Positions 38,657 to 48,743 of a stretch of DNA of 64,000 nucleotides are shown piece after piece. Under the pieces are notes generated by a model. It saw only the letters and a program-made list of their open reading frames with translations. It was not told the origin of the DNA and ran no database searches. Within the stretch, counting starts at the first letter, position 1. The number at the start of each line of letters is the position of its first letter. This stretch comes from a virus, in IMG/VR virus record IMGVR_UViG_3300028920_000038, positions 64,001-128,000 of that record; one strand, given 5' to 3'. A program made the position numbers and the translations under genes.

Positions 38657-38971
38657 CTACTTAATCTTAACTAATTGAATTGCTTCTCTATCAACCTTTG
38701 GGGAATAATCCCATGGATGTTCGTAATTAAACCAAGCTTTCCATTCACACACATATAAACCTAAGTCATCGGTTGATTGAGTCGATACATAATAATGATA
38801 TATCCCTGTAGATGCATGAGTTCCTGATACAGGTCCGAGTAGAACTGTTCCATCTGGTCGATATACTGTCAAATAAGCTTTATTACCAGAACAGTCTATA
38901 TAAGTGGATCCCGATGTGAATGTAACTTGCGATTTAAATGTACTTTCCCTTTCATATTTTGTTACGGACAT
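38657..38971 (-). CDS. Small Ig-like virion protein (BppU N-terminal-like), 104 aa
   Basis: Start placed at ATG 38971 (MSVTKYERE); TVYRPDGT...STGIYHYY...DLGLYVCEW pattern. Confidence 0.55.
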   Translation of the reverse strand: MSVTKYERESTFKSQVTFTSGSTYIDCSGNKAYLTVYRPDGTVLLGPVSGTHASTGIYHYYVSTQSTDDLGLYVCEWKAWFNYEHPWDYSPKVDREAIQLVKIK

Positions 38972-38978
38972 ATTTATA

Positions 38979-39437
38979 TCACTCTGATGTAGAAACAGTA
39001 GAAACAGTTCCCTCAGATGAGGACTGTCTAACATTTTTATCTTCAGAAGATGAAACAGAAGATTTCTTCTGTTCATCAGAAACTACTGAAGATTTTTTTA
39101 ATCTCGATGTAGTTACAATCGATTTTATTAAGTTTGAAATTGAATTAGAAATTCTATTAATTTCTGATGAAGTCACAGATATATTATGAAGATCTGATAC
39201 TTGAGATACTAAATTATATACTTCACTATCTGTTAATGAAGTAATATTTCTTTCAGAGAATTCCTGCACTAGATTATTTATTAAGGAATCTGAAGTAGTT
39301 ATGTTATAGATTTCAGTGAAATCTACAGTTATATCTGATGGTATGGTCGGTAATGGAGGTGCTGTCGGTTCTTCTAAAACATCAAATCTTGATGAATCGA
39401 ATCGTGCAGTGTCGAATCTAGCTGGAAAGAAAGTCAT
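38979..39437 (-). CDS. Ser/Thr-rich virion protein with an N-terminal RFD tripeptide repeat
   Basis: MTFFPARFDTARFDSSRFD followed by roughly 12-residue periodic S/T/I repeats; start placed at ATG 39437. Confidence 0.5.
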   Translation of the reverse strand: MTFFPARFDTARFDSSRFDVLEEPTAPPLPTIPSDITVDFTEIYNITTSDSLINNLVQEFSERNITSLTDSEVYNLVSQVSDLHNISVTSSEINRISNSISNLIKSIVTTSRLKKSSVVSDEQKKSSVSSSEDKNVRQSSSEGTVSTVSTSE

Positions 39438-39461
39438 TAAAAATTCCTCTATCACTTGCCA

Positions 39462-40016
39462 TTAATATGTTCCTGTATTTATATATATGTCATTACTTTG
39501 CTTAGATGTTTGAATATTCATACATTGTCCTAACTTTGATGATAATATTATCAAATCTGGTGGGGATATATCAATGGGAGGAGATGATATATCTCCATAA
39601 GCATCAAATATAGTAAAAGGAGATGCTCCATTTCCCCAAAAACACCAATGATTATATTCACTATCAATAACTTCAACATATATGTATCTGCCATCTTTGT
39701 CAGTAGAATCTACTTCTGCCCAATCACTTGTATCTTGCCAAGTAGAAATACCCTCAGCAACTGCAGTTCCCCAAGTCCCCTTTATATCACTAACGTAGAT
39801 ATCCACATCTATAGGATCTATACCAAGTTGGGAACGGCCTCTAAATTTAGTTATAGTATATGTTTGTCCTAAATCAATAATAAACCAATGAGTTTCTGAT
39901 ACTGAATGGGCCCAATAATTTGTTCCATCTAATGCATCTACTAGGTCAAAACCTTCATTTTGCCCACAACTACTATCATATTCATCACTACTTATTTCTA
40001 ACCAATCTTCAGCCAT
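39462..40016 (-). CDS. Discoidin/F5-8 type C (CBM32-like) domain protein
   Basis: ALDG..YW...HWFIIDLGQTYTITKF...IYVSD..GTW...GRYIYVEV. Confidence 0.75.
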   Translation of the reverse strand: MAEDWLEISSDEYDSSCGQNEGFDLVDALDGTNYWAHSVSETHWFIIDLGQTYTITKFRGRSQLGIDPIDVDIYVSDIKGTWGTAVAEGISTWQDTSDWAEVDSTDKDGRYIYVEVIDSEYNHWCFWGNGASPFTIFDAYGDISSPPIDISPPDLIILSSKLGQCMNIQTSKQSNDIYINTGTY

Positions 40017-40017
40017 T

Positions 40018-40419
40018 TTATATCTCTAATTCTTCTTCGATACTTGTAGCTAAATTATCTCTATGAACCTGACTAATATTAGTAATAACTGGAACATCTA
40101 ACTCTGAATCCCAATAATAATTCTGCAAACCAGTCATAATTATATTATTTATATTCTGTAGTGAAGTTATTGAACCTGATATTGCAGTAGCAAATTCTGG
40201 ATATCTTGATGCAAACCAATCTCCATGAGTAGTATTAAAGTTATTAAGCATGGCATAATTATTCACAAACCTATCTCTCAAATCCATCAACTCCATAGTA
40301 GAATAAGTTCTATTAGTATCCCGTAATTGAATTACTAGATGATTTATACTATTCCAAAGTCTAGGTAATTGTTTAATTATAGTTTGAGCTGTAGATTCTC
40401 TTTGAAGTTTATATATCAT
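40018..40419 (-). CDS. Hypothetical helical protein (133 aa)
   Basis: ORF with GGAGG RBS; no motif recognised. Confidence 0.55.
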   Translation of the reverse strand: MIYKLQRESTAQTIIKQLPRLWNSINHLVIQLRDTNRTYSTMELMDLRDRFVNNYAMLNNFNTTHGDWFASRYPEFATAISGSITSLQNINNIIMTGLQNYYWDSELDVPVITNISQVHRDNLATSIEEELEI

Positions 40420-40474
40420 TTTATCCCTCCTTTAGTAGACATATTGAACATTAAAGCATAATAGGTAATATCGC

Positions 40475-41038
40475 TCATGCTATAGTAACCCGATGTCCCT
40501 TTCCTGAAAACATTATTCTCTTACCGGGTACCTTATTAAATTTAGTAACTCCAGCTGCCTCTCCCTCTTCAGAACTTTCTGTATAATTAGCATAGATTAA
40601 TAAACTAACAGTTGAATATCCGTCATCAAATGATTCTATTGGATCTTCTGGTGTCGGATATGTCATAAATTCATAGTATAAACCACCAGTTCCATCTGCT
40701 TCATTCTCTGAATTAAAATTGACAGCAAGTGTATCATCAATAAAAACACCAATATAATATAATGTAGATGCTGTTACTGTTGGTTTTGGTTCACTAAAAT
40801 TAAATGTAATCCAACCAGAACCTCCATCTGTTTTTTCTTCAGTGGAATCTATTAGATTTAAATTTTCATCATATAATAAACATGTTACTTCTTCCCCAGA
40901 ACTCCAACCACTTGTAAAATACACAACTATATTATCAACGGTACCGTCACTTGTTGGTGTTCCCTTACAAAATCTACCTTGATTAGCTGATACTGATAAT
41001 TGGTTTTCTGCTGAACCATTATAACCAAATATTGCCAT
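40475..41038 (-). CDS. Beta-sandwich virion protein (DUF4082/choice-of-anchor-like)
   Basis: DGTVDNIVVY...W..GE.V.CLLYD...W.TFNF...TVTAST.YYIGVF resembles the N-terminal domains of 26574..27458 and 27458..28684. Confidence 0.5.
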   Translation of the reverse strand: MAIFGYNGSAENQLSVSANQGRFCKGTPTSDGTVDNIVVYFTSGWSSGEEVTCLLYDENLNLIDSTEEKTDGGSGWITFNFSEPKPTVTASTLYYIGVFIDDTLAVNFNSENEADGTGGLYYEFMTYPTPEDPIESFDDGYSTVSLLIYANYTESSEEGEAAGVTKFNKVPGKRIMFSGKGHRVTIA

Positions 41039-41040
41039 AT

Positions 41041-43323
41041 TTAATACACCGAAATTTGCATAAATCCAGTTCCATACTGATACCCAGATAAGGATGCACC
41101 ACCGGAATACATGAACCGTATTTCTGTATTTCCACCATCTGATTTGGCTAATGGATATCCTTGTTGTAATATAGATGATGATGTTTTATAGACCGATGTG
41201 GAACCGCTTAGAAGTTCTACACATAAACCACTAACTGATGTTCCACCTGAATTACAGGCTGCTGCTTGCCATACATATACGTTTTTAGATCCTGCATCAA
41301 ATCTAGTTAGATTAATATTATGATTAGCTGATATTTCAATGTTACCTATATTAAAGGTCATTGGTGGTAATTCATTTTCCCATCTAGAATTATCCGCCTT
41401 GTATACTAAAATTTCTCCAGAAGCTGGGGATGACAATTCAGCTTCTTCAAATGCAAGTTGTCTAAGAGATTGTGATGAAACTACAGAATGAACAATGTCC
41501 TTTGCAGATGCATACAATGTTGATTCATATTGAAGATTACCAGATAAATAAATATTTTTGATTCTTTTACCACCAATTCCAGCTGAACCTATATTAACAT
41601 TTCCATCAGTAATTGGAGTTATATCATTTACTACATCCAAAGAATTAACAGTTAAAGTATGTGAAGTGGAATCGTCTGTATCTTTTCTTAGATATGTTCC
41701 GGATGGTTCTAAATAATAATCTGCATCTTCTGTTGTAGAACTAATATGATAAATTATAAGCTCATCATAAGAACCTCCACTAATTATTGCCATGTCTCCT
41801 GTATTATGCGGAATATTATCCCAAACAGATTTATCCATGACTGGAAGTTGAGTTATTCCTCTATATTTAGTATTTAATTGGTGTCTATTACTAAAGTATG
41901 AATTTTGAGGTCTAAAACTACAATTAATATATTGTATATCACAATAAGGAGGAGAATCTGTACTTTCTTCATATATATCATATTCAGTTCCTTTATTAGC
42001 TTCAGCCTTGAAATATGTATTTGCATAAATAACTACATCAGCATCTGAAGATTGTTTAGAATATAATCCATACGCTAATCCAGTAGGAGAATATGATTCA
42101 ACAAAAGAATTATTAACTGTAATTCCATGATTACTAAGCATGGTTCCACCAAAATAAAGACCTCTTGTAGTTCCACCTAAATTATTTTTAGCATATATAG
42201 TACAATTATTCAAATAGCTTTGACCTACTCCTCCTTTCTTTATTCCAGTAGTTTCAGCTCCTTGTCCAGATATATCACTTATCACTCTAATATATGAATT
42301 AATTATATCTACTCTAGGATCTTCACCAAGAGATGATCCAGGTCTGTATATACCAATTGTACTTCCATTTCCAGTAGGTCTATATAAGTTAATAAATGAA
42401 TTTTTTATTATAAGAGGCTCGTAATCTATTAAAGATGCACCTGAAGATAATATATGAATACCGTAAGAATCTTGATTACCTGAAGGTTCTACTTTAATTT
42501 CAACATTATTTATTATAGAATTTCTCCAAGACTTTATTGTATTTTCATTTCCTATACCTTCTTTTTTAGCATAGATATAAAGATTATCTAGGTAAACATC
42601 ATTTACATTAGTAAAAGCTTTTATAGCTATAGATCCTGAACCTTCTGCATTTATAGTTAAATTTTGTATACTAGAATTAGATGAAACTCCTATAAATGGA
42701 TCTTCTCCAGCTGTAGTTGATTGAATGATAGTTCCGTTTCTAGATTCACCTTCTAAATGTACATAAGAGCAAACTGGTAATGCAGTTTCAGTATATGTTC
42801 CATTAGATACTTTTACCGTTATTGGCCAGGAAGAGGATGCTATAGAAGCAGCCTCTGTTAATCCTTTAGACACTGTTAAAAATGCATTATGAGGAGATAA
42901 TCCATCATTAGAATCGCTCCCATTCTTTCCTACATAGATAGAACCTGAGAAATCTGTATCCCCAATTTCACTATCTACATAATGCTTATTAGTCGCACAA
43001 CTTGGATATGAAGGATCTATAAGTCCAGAAATGGTATTAGCATTAATTGTTAAATCGCCAGTACTGATAGAACCTGAAACCTTTTGAGATGATAAATAAG
43101 TAATATCATAAATACCATAAGTAGATTGACCATCTAAATCTCCACCTAATTGAGGAGAATCATCTTCTACTACACTACTTAATCCTCCAGCTGCTTCTAC
43201 ATTTACAGCTATCCATTTTTTAGTTCCATCATCCCATTTTATTCCTGAGCTATCATAAGTTGTAGAATCCCAGGAAGTAATATCGGCTGCTCCAGTTATA
43301 TTGTAAATTTTTAATTTAGTCAT
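41041..43323 (-). CDS. Tailspike-like protein with right-handed beta-helix (pectin lyase-like)
   Basis: IYVGKNGSDSNDGLS..AFLTVSKGL beta-helix cap, I.V.NGTY.E, then Asn/Ile/Gly ladders; N-terminal fibre motifs. Start placed at ATG 43323. Confidence 0.7.
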   Translation of the reverse strand: MTKLKIYNITGAADITSWDSTTYDSSGIKWDDGTKKWIAVNVEAAGGLSSVVEDDSPQLGGDLDGQSTYGIYDITYLSSQKVSGSISTGDLTINANTISGLIDPSYPSCATNKHYVDSEIGDTDFSGSIYVGKNGSDSNDGLSPHNAFLTVSKGLTEAASIASSSWPITVKVSNGTYTETALPVCSYVHLEGESRNGTIIQSTTAGEDPFIGVSSNSSIQNLTINAEGSGSIAIKAFTNVNDVYLDNLYIYAKKEGIGNENTIKSWRNSIINNVEIKVEPSGNQDSYGIHILSSGASLIDYEPLIIKNSFINLYRPTGNGSTIGIYRPGSSLGEDPRVDIINSYIRVISDISGQGAETTGIKKGGVGQSYLNNCTIYAKNNLGGTTRGLYFGGTMLSNHGITVNNSFVESYSPTGLAYGLYSKQSSDADVVIYANTYFKAEANKGTEYDIYEESTDSPPYCDIQYINCSFRPQNSYFSNRHQLNTKYRGITQLPVMDKSVWDNIPHNTGDMAIISGGSYDELIIYHISSTTEDADYYLEPSGTYLRKDTDDSTSHTLTVNSLDVVNDITPITDGNVNIGSAGIGGKRIKNIYLSGNLQYESTLYASAKDIVHSVVSSQSLRQLAFEEAELSSPASGEILVYKADNSRWENELPPMTFNIGNIEISANHNINLTRFDAGSKNVYVWQAAACNSGGTSVSGLCVELLSGSTSVYKTSSSILQQGYPLAKSDGGNTEIRFMYSGGASLSGYQYGTGFMQISVY

Positions 43324-43342
43324 ATTTATCCTCACTTAAAAT

Positions 43343-45232
43343 CTAAACATCTTCATATATAGAGAGACTTTTATTTCCTCCATAAAATTTTAATCGTCCT
43401 GGTCCATAAATATTTAAATAATAAACAGATTCCTCTTCTTCTTCACCGAGGGTTACATCTAAATGTCCATATCCAACTAAATTTAGACTGGATACAACTA
43501 TTAATCCATTATTTTGAGTATAGGATTCAGCTTCTTCATCATTCCAATTCACAGTATATGTTTCTGTAGTATCTGGCATTTGAAATCTAATATTAGCAAT
43601 TCCTTCTCCAGAAATTTCTATTAGAGATTCTGTATCATCAGTAGTTGGAGATGTAGCTGATAATATATATATATTTTTATTCGAAAGATATTCTATTTTT
43701 GGATGAGATGTATGTTGTGATGAATATATAAAACTTGTAGACGATGCAAGATATGATCCAGATATATATACATGAGGACTAGCTATACTATCTGCTTTAT
43801 ATACCCAAGATAGAAAATTCCAAGAGTGTGGATAATCCATAGACCAATTTATCCCACCAAGATAATATTCATATTTTGTTATAACATCACTAGTATCTGC
43901 AACGGGAAAACTTATATCTCTTCCATTAGCATAAGTAGACACTCTTTTAAAACCTGCATCTCCATCATCCCCGACTTTGTATATAATTTTATTATAACAA
44001 CCAGAGAACACACAAAGATTTAAGTCTGGAACTGATGAATTAAATGCAATTACATAAGTACCACAAGTTAAATCTCCATCATCAGTAGGAGGATCTTCTG
44101 TTAATCTGAATGCATCTGTACCATAATGACCACCTAATGTAGTTCTTCCAGTGTTTAGATACATATTACCAGAATTACTCTGAGCTGACACGAATATAGA
44201 ATATTTTCTTATAATTCTATTTGACGATGAATCGGTGAATTCAAGGAATAATGAATGAGTTCCATATCTATCTAATGTTAAATTACCTGATATTAGACTT
44301 CCATTCTGTCCTGAATATGAAAATGTATCAGTATCTGGATAAGAATATACTTTCCAATCCGGATTCTCTTCCATTTTAAGATCTGGTTTTCTAGTTCTAA
44401 ATGAATAGGATATTGTGCTGTTTACTGATGGGACTATATTACTTATAGAAAGACCACTGATTTCATACCCTTGAATTGGGTGATATAAATAATTATGATG
44501 AATATTTGGTCCACCAGTATTAGGATAATTAGTAAATATTATGCATTTACCACAATTTTTGAAAGTATTGTAACAAATCTCATTAGTATAACAAAGTTCA
44601 CTTTCTTTTATACCATAGTTGCATTCTTCAAATGTATTACTAGAGAATATATTATTATCTGCTGCATGAGCTTTAGAAGCTATTCCGCATCTATAGAAAG
44701 TGCAATTTGAAATTGTATTATCATCTGAACCTGTTACTAAATCAATTCCTTGAGATAATCCAGAAAATGTACAATATTCAATTATAGAATCATCGTCAGA
44801 TATACTAACTCCTGGCCAGGTTCCAACTCTAAAACTTGAATTATCTGTAAATGTACACCCACTAATAGTAATATATTGACCTTGTATATTTATACCATAA
44901 TCGCATTTCCTAAATGTACAATTATTTATGTGAGTATGAATTCCATAACTTCTTATTGCACTTCTATAATTAGCATTATATCCTATGAAATCTATATCTT
45001 TTATAGTGTTATAACCGCTATCGTCATATAGATAAAATATGAAACTAATAGAATCACTAGTAGATGACATATAATAATTATTACCACTAAATGTTATACC
45101 ACTAACAGCAGATAGTTTAATTTGAGAACTTAGCTTAATATTATCTGTAAGAGTTATTGTATCTCCAGATACTGCTATATTATGAGCAGTTGATGATAAT
45201 TCATACTGATTAATTACATCATAATTTGTCAT
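43343..45232 (-). CDS. Right-handed beta-helix (NosD/CASH-like) virion protein
   Basis: Stacked repeats INNCTF.KC.YGI, ISGCTF, IEYCTFSG, ISNCTFYRC, FSSNTFEEC, ICYNTFKNC. Confidence 0.7.
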   Translation of the reverse strand: MTNYDVINQYELSSTAHNIAVSGDTITLTDNIKLSSQIKLSAVSGITFSGNNYYMSSTSDSISFIFYLYDDSGYNTIKDIDFIGYNANYRSAIRSYGIHTHINNCTFRKCDYGINIQGQYITISGCTFTDNSSFRVGTWPGVSISDDDSIIEYCTFSGLSQGIDLVTGSDDNTISNCTFYRCGIASKAHAADNNIFSSNTFEECNYGIKESELCYTNEICYNTFKNCGKCIIFTNYPNTGGPNIHHNYLYHPIQGYEISGLSISNIVPSVNSTISYSFRTRKPDLKMEENPDWKVYSYPDTDTFSYSGQNGSLISGNLTLDRYGTHSLFLEFTDSSSNRIIRKYSIFVSAQSNSGNMYLNTGRTTLGGHYGTDAFRLTEDPPTDDGDLTCGTYVIAFNSSVPDLNLCVFSGCYNKIIYKVGDDGDAGFKRVSTYANGRDISFPVADTSDVITKYEYYLGGINWSMDYPHSWNFLSWVYKADSIASPHVYISGSYLASSTSFIYSSQHTSHPKIEYLSNKNIYILSATSPTTDDTESLIEISGEGIANIRFQMPDTTETYTVNWNDEEAESYTQNNGLIVVSSLNLVGYGHLDVTLGEEEEESVYYLNIYGPGRLKFYGGNKSLSIYEDV

Positions 45233-45235
45233 CTA

Positions 45236-48200
45236 TTATACTCTCGCCATCCATGAGAAGTCTTCTGATTCATCCGAAGTATGATATACTGTAACATCTG
45301 ATGCATCTACAGTAAATGAATAAGCTATAGGATTAGCTCCAGAAGGAGTTAGATTAACATAACTTGGTTTTGCAGAGCAATTATGAGCAAATGTTCCTCC
45401 ATCAGCTACGTTTGCCCAGCCAGTTCTTGTTTCTGTTGATGGAGAAAATCTACTTATAGAATTTGAAGATGTTATATATAGAGTATGATCAAATTCGTCA
45501 TATCCTTCTAAAGTATCTATACGAGAATCTAAATTGCTTGAGATAGAATTAACTAACGCCCTATTAATATTGGAAGATCCTGCATAATTGTCATTAAGAA
45601 CTGAAGTAAGATCTGATTCTTGATAATAGAATTTATTGATAGCTACAGAAGAAGCTATGTAATCATCTACATCTATAGTTAAGCTTCCAGATATTTTACC
45701 ATCACCAGTTGTTGATATTCCTAATCCAGCAGTAAGTGCAGTCCATGAAATATCTTCTATACCAGCTTCACCCTCTAAAGTATCTAAACGGGTATCATGA
45801 GCAGATGAAGTATTAAATAAAGAAGTGATATCATCACTTATATTAGATGAGAAACCATAATAGTCAGCTGCTCCAGACCATGATGACGGTTCTTGAGATT
45901 CCAAAGCTTCTAATCTAGTATCTATGCTACCAGATAGAGTATCAATCCATGTTTGATTATATAAATTGGATGATAAAGAGTATAGAGTATGATCGAATTC
46001 ATCATTGTCTTCAAGATCTTCAAGACGTGAATCTATATTCCCTGAAAGACTATCTATCCAAGTCTGAGTATACATATTAGAAGATGCCCAAGAACCAGCT
46101 ACTGCATTGCTTGATATAGTTGAATATCCAAGTACTGTGACATCATGATCTCCAGATCCACTAACACCAACTCCTGTAATAGATGCAATTCCTGTACCTT
46201 CTGTTAATGTACCCCAATTAGAAGGAGTATCTGATACAGCATCTATCTTAGCATCAAGATTAGATGATATTGTATCTATATAATGTTTGTTGGATACTCC
46301 AGAAGCGTAAGTTGGATCTGCTATTCCAGAAATCTCTCCAATGAAAGTTACAGAACCGCTAAAGTATGAATCCCCAGATACTTGAAATTGATAAGGCCCT
46401 ACATCAAAATTAGCATGACCTACTGTAACTTCATTAGCATAGTAAATTCCTCCAGTTCTTGTATTCCATTGTCCTGCTCCTTCACCTCCACTTCCTCCAC
46501 TAGGCATCGCAACCCAATTGGAGCCATTCCATAATATTCCAGAATTGAGGAAAGTATCAGAATCCCATGAATCTATTCCATCCGATATTTCATACATTGC
46601 AACTTGAGCTGAAGCGTATGCTTGACTATATTTTTGACCAGAAATAACATAACCAGATGGATGGTAATTATCATCTAATACTGATGTTAAATCTCCTTCT
46701 GATGAATAAGTCTCACTATACAAAGCTATTTGTGTAGAAGCGTATGCTTTTGAATATTCTTGTCCTGATATTACAAAACCAGATGGATGATAGTTGTCAT
46801 CTAAAATTGCTGTTAAATCACCCTCTGAAGAGTAAGTTTCAGTGTATAATGCAATTTGTGCAGAGGCATAAGCTGCAGTATATTTTTGAGAAGAAGCTGA
46901 AAACCAATCACTAAGAGTTTTTACATTGCTACTTATTCCTTTCCCTAATGAAGAGGGATAGTATTCAGATCCATCTAAAGAATCTTGTTTGCTATCTATC
47001 TTTGTATCTAAATTGCTAGAGATGGAATTTATTAAAGATATATTCACATTTGAACTGCCAGGATAATTATCATTTAATGCAGCAGTTAAGTCATTTTCTG
47101 TGGAATATGTTTCGGAATAAAGAGCAACTTGTCCAGATAGATAACCTTTCCAATAATAAGAACCAGATTTAAGTATATTTTGAGGTATATCAACAAGTGA
47201 TAACGTGCCTGCAATTCCATCATGTCTAATAGTTACTGTACTAGTTAATCCTGAAGCTATAGATAAAATTGCAGAAGAATCGCTACCAGCACTTGAAGGA
47301 GTAGGAATCCATTTCTGAGAACCTTTATCCCATTTAATTCCAGAATTATCAAAGGTATCGCTATTCCAATCTATATCTGATGCTCCTGTTATTGCAAAAG
47401 AACCTACAGCACCTGTAGCTGCATATATAGTATCTAACCAACTTCTTATATTACTAGAAGGAAAGTGTATATCAGAATCATTTTTATGAGTTTGAAATGC
47501 TCCAGATCCTGCATAGTTATCATTTAATATTGATATTAAATCATCTTCCGATGAGTATGTCTCACTATATAGAGCTATTTGCGCTGATGCATAAGCTTTT
47601 GAATATTGTTCTCCAGAAATTACATATCCAGATGGGTGATAGTTGTCATTAAGAACTTCAATTAAATCTGATTCGTTAGAATATGTTTCAGAGTATAAAG
47701 CAATCTGTGCACTTGCATATGCTTTGGAGTATTTATCTCCAGAAATTATAATATCTGAAATTGTTGAAGATGAATTATTAAACCAATTATATGATTGTGT
47801 ATATTTATTTCCTGAAGATAGTAAATCTTCATATCTCTGAGAAGAAGCATTTATCCAATTATAAGAATCTTTTGCATTCGAAGAAATTGTGGTATATCCA
47901 TCAACAGATACAGTTAATGAAGAATCTCCACTAATAGCATAGGTTCCTGTAAATCCTCCGATACCAGTTCCAGCAGAAAAAGACTGCCATCCTGAAATAC
48001 CTCCACCAGCAACTGGAGTTTGAGAAGACCACATACTTTGGGTATCGTCCCAAGTTAATACATCGCCATCACTTGGAGTCATATTCGTAACAACATCTGT
48101 AAGGCCAGATATTGTATTATCTCCAGTGGAGTAACTCAATGAATTCCAGGAATTAGAACCGTCTCCAATTTTGATTTTTCCTGTATCGGTTTCACATCCA

Positions 48201-48280
48201 AATTCTCCTGCTGCTAATGTTGGATCATTATTTGTCCAATTAGCTGCGGTATCATGTCTCAGTTGAATTTTTACAACCAT
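45236..48280 (-). CDS. Fibre protein with Mtd-like N-terminal domain and 42-aa repeats
   Basis: KIQLRHDTAANWTNNDPTLAAGEFGCETDTGKIKIGDG..SWNSL.Y is the Mtd_N/hyaluronidase N-terminal motif; YHPSGYVISG..YS.AYASAQIALY repeats follow. Confidence 0.75.
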   Translation of the reverse strand: MVVKIQLRHDTAANWTNNDPTLAAGEFGCETDTGKIKIGDGSNSWNSLSYSTGDNTISGLTDVVTNMTPSDGDVLTWDDTQSMWSSQTPVAGGGISGWQSFSAGTGIGGFTGTYAISGDSSLTVSVDGYTTISSNAKDSYNWINASSQRYEDLLSSGNKYTQSYNWFNNSSSTISDIIISGDKYSKAYASAQIALYSETYSNESDLIEVLNDNYHPSGYVISGEQYSKAYASAQIALYSETYSSEDDLISILNDNYAGSGAFQTHKNDSDIHFPSSNIRSWLDTIYAATGAVGSFAITGASDIDWNSDTFDNSGIKWDKGSQKWIPTPSSAGSDSSAILSIASGLTSTVTIRHDGIAGTLSLVDIPQNILKSGSYYWKGYLSGQVALYSETYSTENDLTAALNDNYPGSSNVNISLINSISSNLDTKIDSKQDSLDGSEYYPSSLGKGISSNVKTLSDWFSASSQKYTAAYASAQIALYTETYSSEGDLTAILDDNYHPSGFVISGQEYSKAYASTQIALYSETYSSEGDLTSVLDDNYHPSGYVISGQKYSQAYASAQVAMYEISDGIDSWDSDTFLNSGILWNGSNWVAMPSGGSGGEGAGQWNTRTGGIYYANEVTVGHANFDVGPYQFQVSGDSYFSGSVTFIGEISGIADPTYASGVSNKHYIDTISSNLDAKIDAVSDTPSNWGTLTEGTGIASITGVGVSGSGDHDVTVLGYSTISSNAVAGSWASSNMYTQTWIDSLSGNIDSRLEDLEDNDEFDHTLYSLSSNLYNQTWIDTLSGSIDTRLEALESQEPSSWSGAADYYGFSSNISDDITSLFNTSSAHDTRLDTLEGEAGIEDISWTALTAGLGISTTGDGKISGSLTIDVDDYIASSVAINKFYYQESDLTSVLNDNYAGSSNINRALVNSISSNLDSRIDTLEGYDEFDHTLYITSSNSISRFSPSTETRTGWANVADGGTFAHNCSAKPSYVNLTPSGANPIAYSFTVDASDVTVYHTSDESEDFSWMARV

Positions 48281-48320
48281 ATAATCATAACCTATATATT
48301 AACATATTATATATAAACAT

Positions 48321-48734
48321 TTAAGATCCACCACAATCTATCCCAGAAATTCCACCATAAGTGGAATCTGATAATCCGCCATCTAAATTGGGGGAACCTT
48401 GTACATTTCTATCAATCCAATATGTTCCGTCATAAGTAAGAGAATTTCCAGATGTAGGGGCTGGTACATTAGTATCAGTTAAATCCTCTAAGGTGCTTGA
48501 AGCACCACCTGCTGCTACTGATGAGGGTATCCAATGAGTTCCATCCCATCTTAATCCTGATCCTACTCCAGGTGATATTATCTCTACATCAGCTAAACTA
48601 GAAAGGTATGCCCATGAGATGTCTCCACTAGGAGCAAATGTCTTATCTACATATCCTTTATTAGCTGCACCTGAATAGTAGGTGGGATCTATTAATCCTG
48701 ATATTTCTGTTGCTCTAAATATATTTCTTGTCAT
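48321..48734 (-). CDS. Short fibre/collar protein
   Basis: Two L.DL.D....P..G..L.(W/Y)DG..W fibre repeats; DP.Y.S.AANKGYVD; C-terminal LDGG...IDCGG. Confidence 0.6.
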   Translation of the reverse strand: MTRNIFRATEISGLIDPTYYSGAANKGYVDKTFAPSGDISWAYLSSLADVEIISPGVGSGLRWDGTHWIPSSVAAGGASSTLEDLTDTNVPAPTSGNSLTYDGTYWIDRNVQGSPNLDGGLSDSTYGGISGIDCGGS

Positions 48735-48743
48735 ATTAATTTA

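Noticed and set aside
38972-39076. Track's extended N-terminus for 38657..39076 (similar extensions at 59467..59544 and 7162..7224)
   Set aside because: The extensions overlap upstream genes or AT-rich gaps; downstream ATGs with RBS give more plausible starts.
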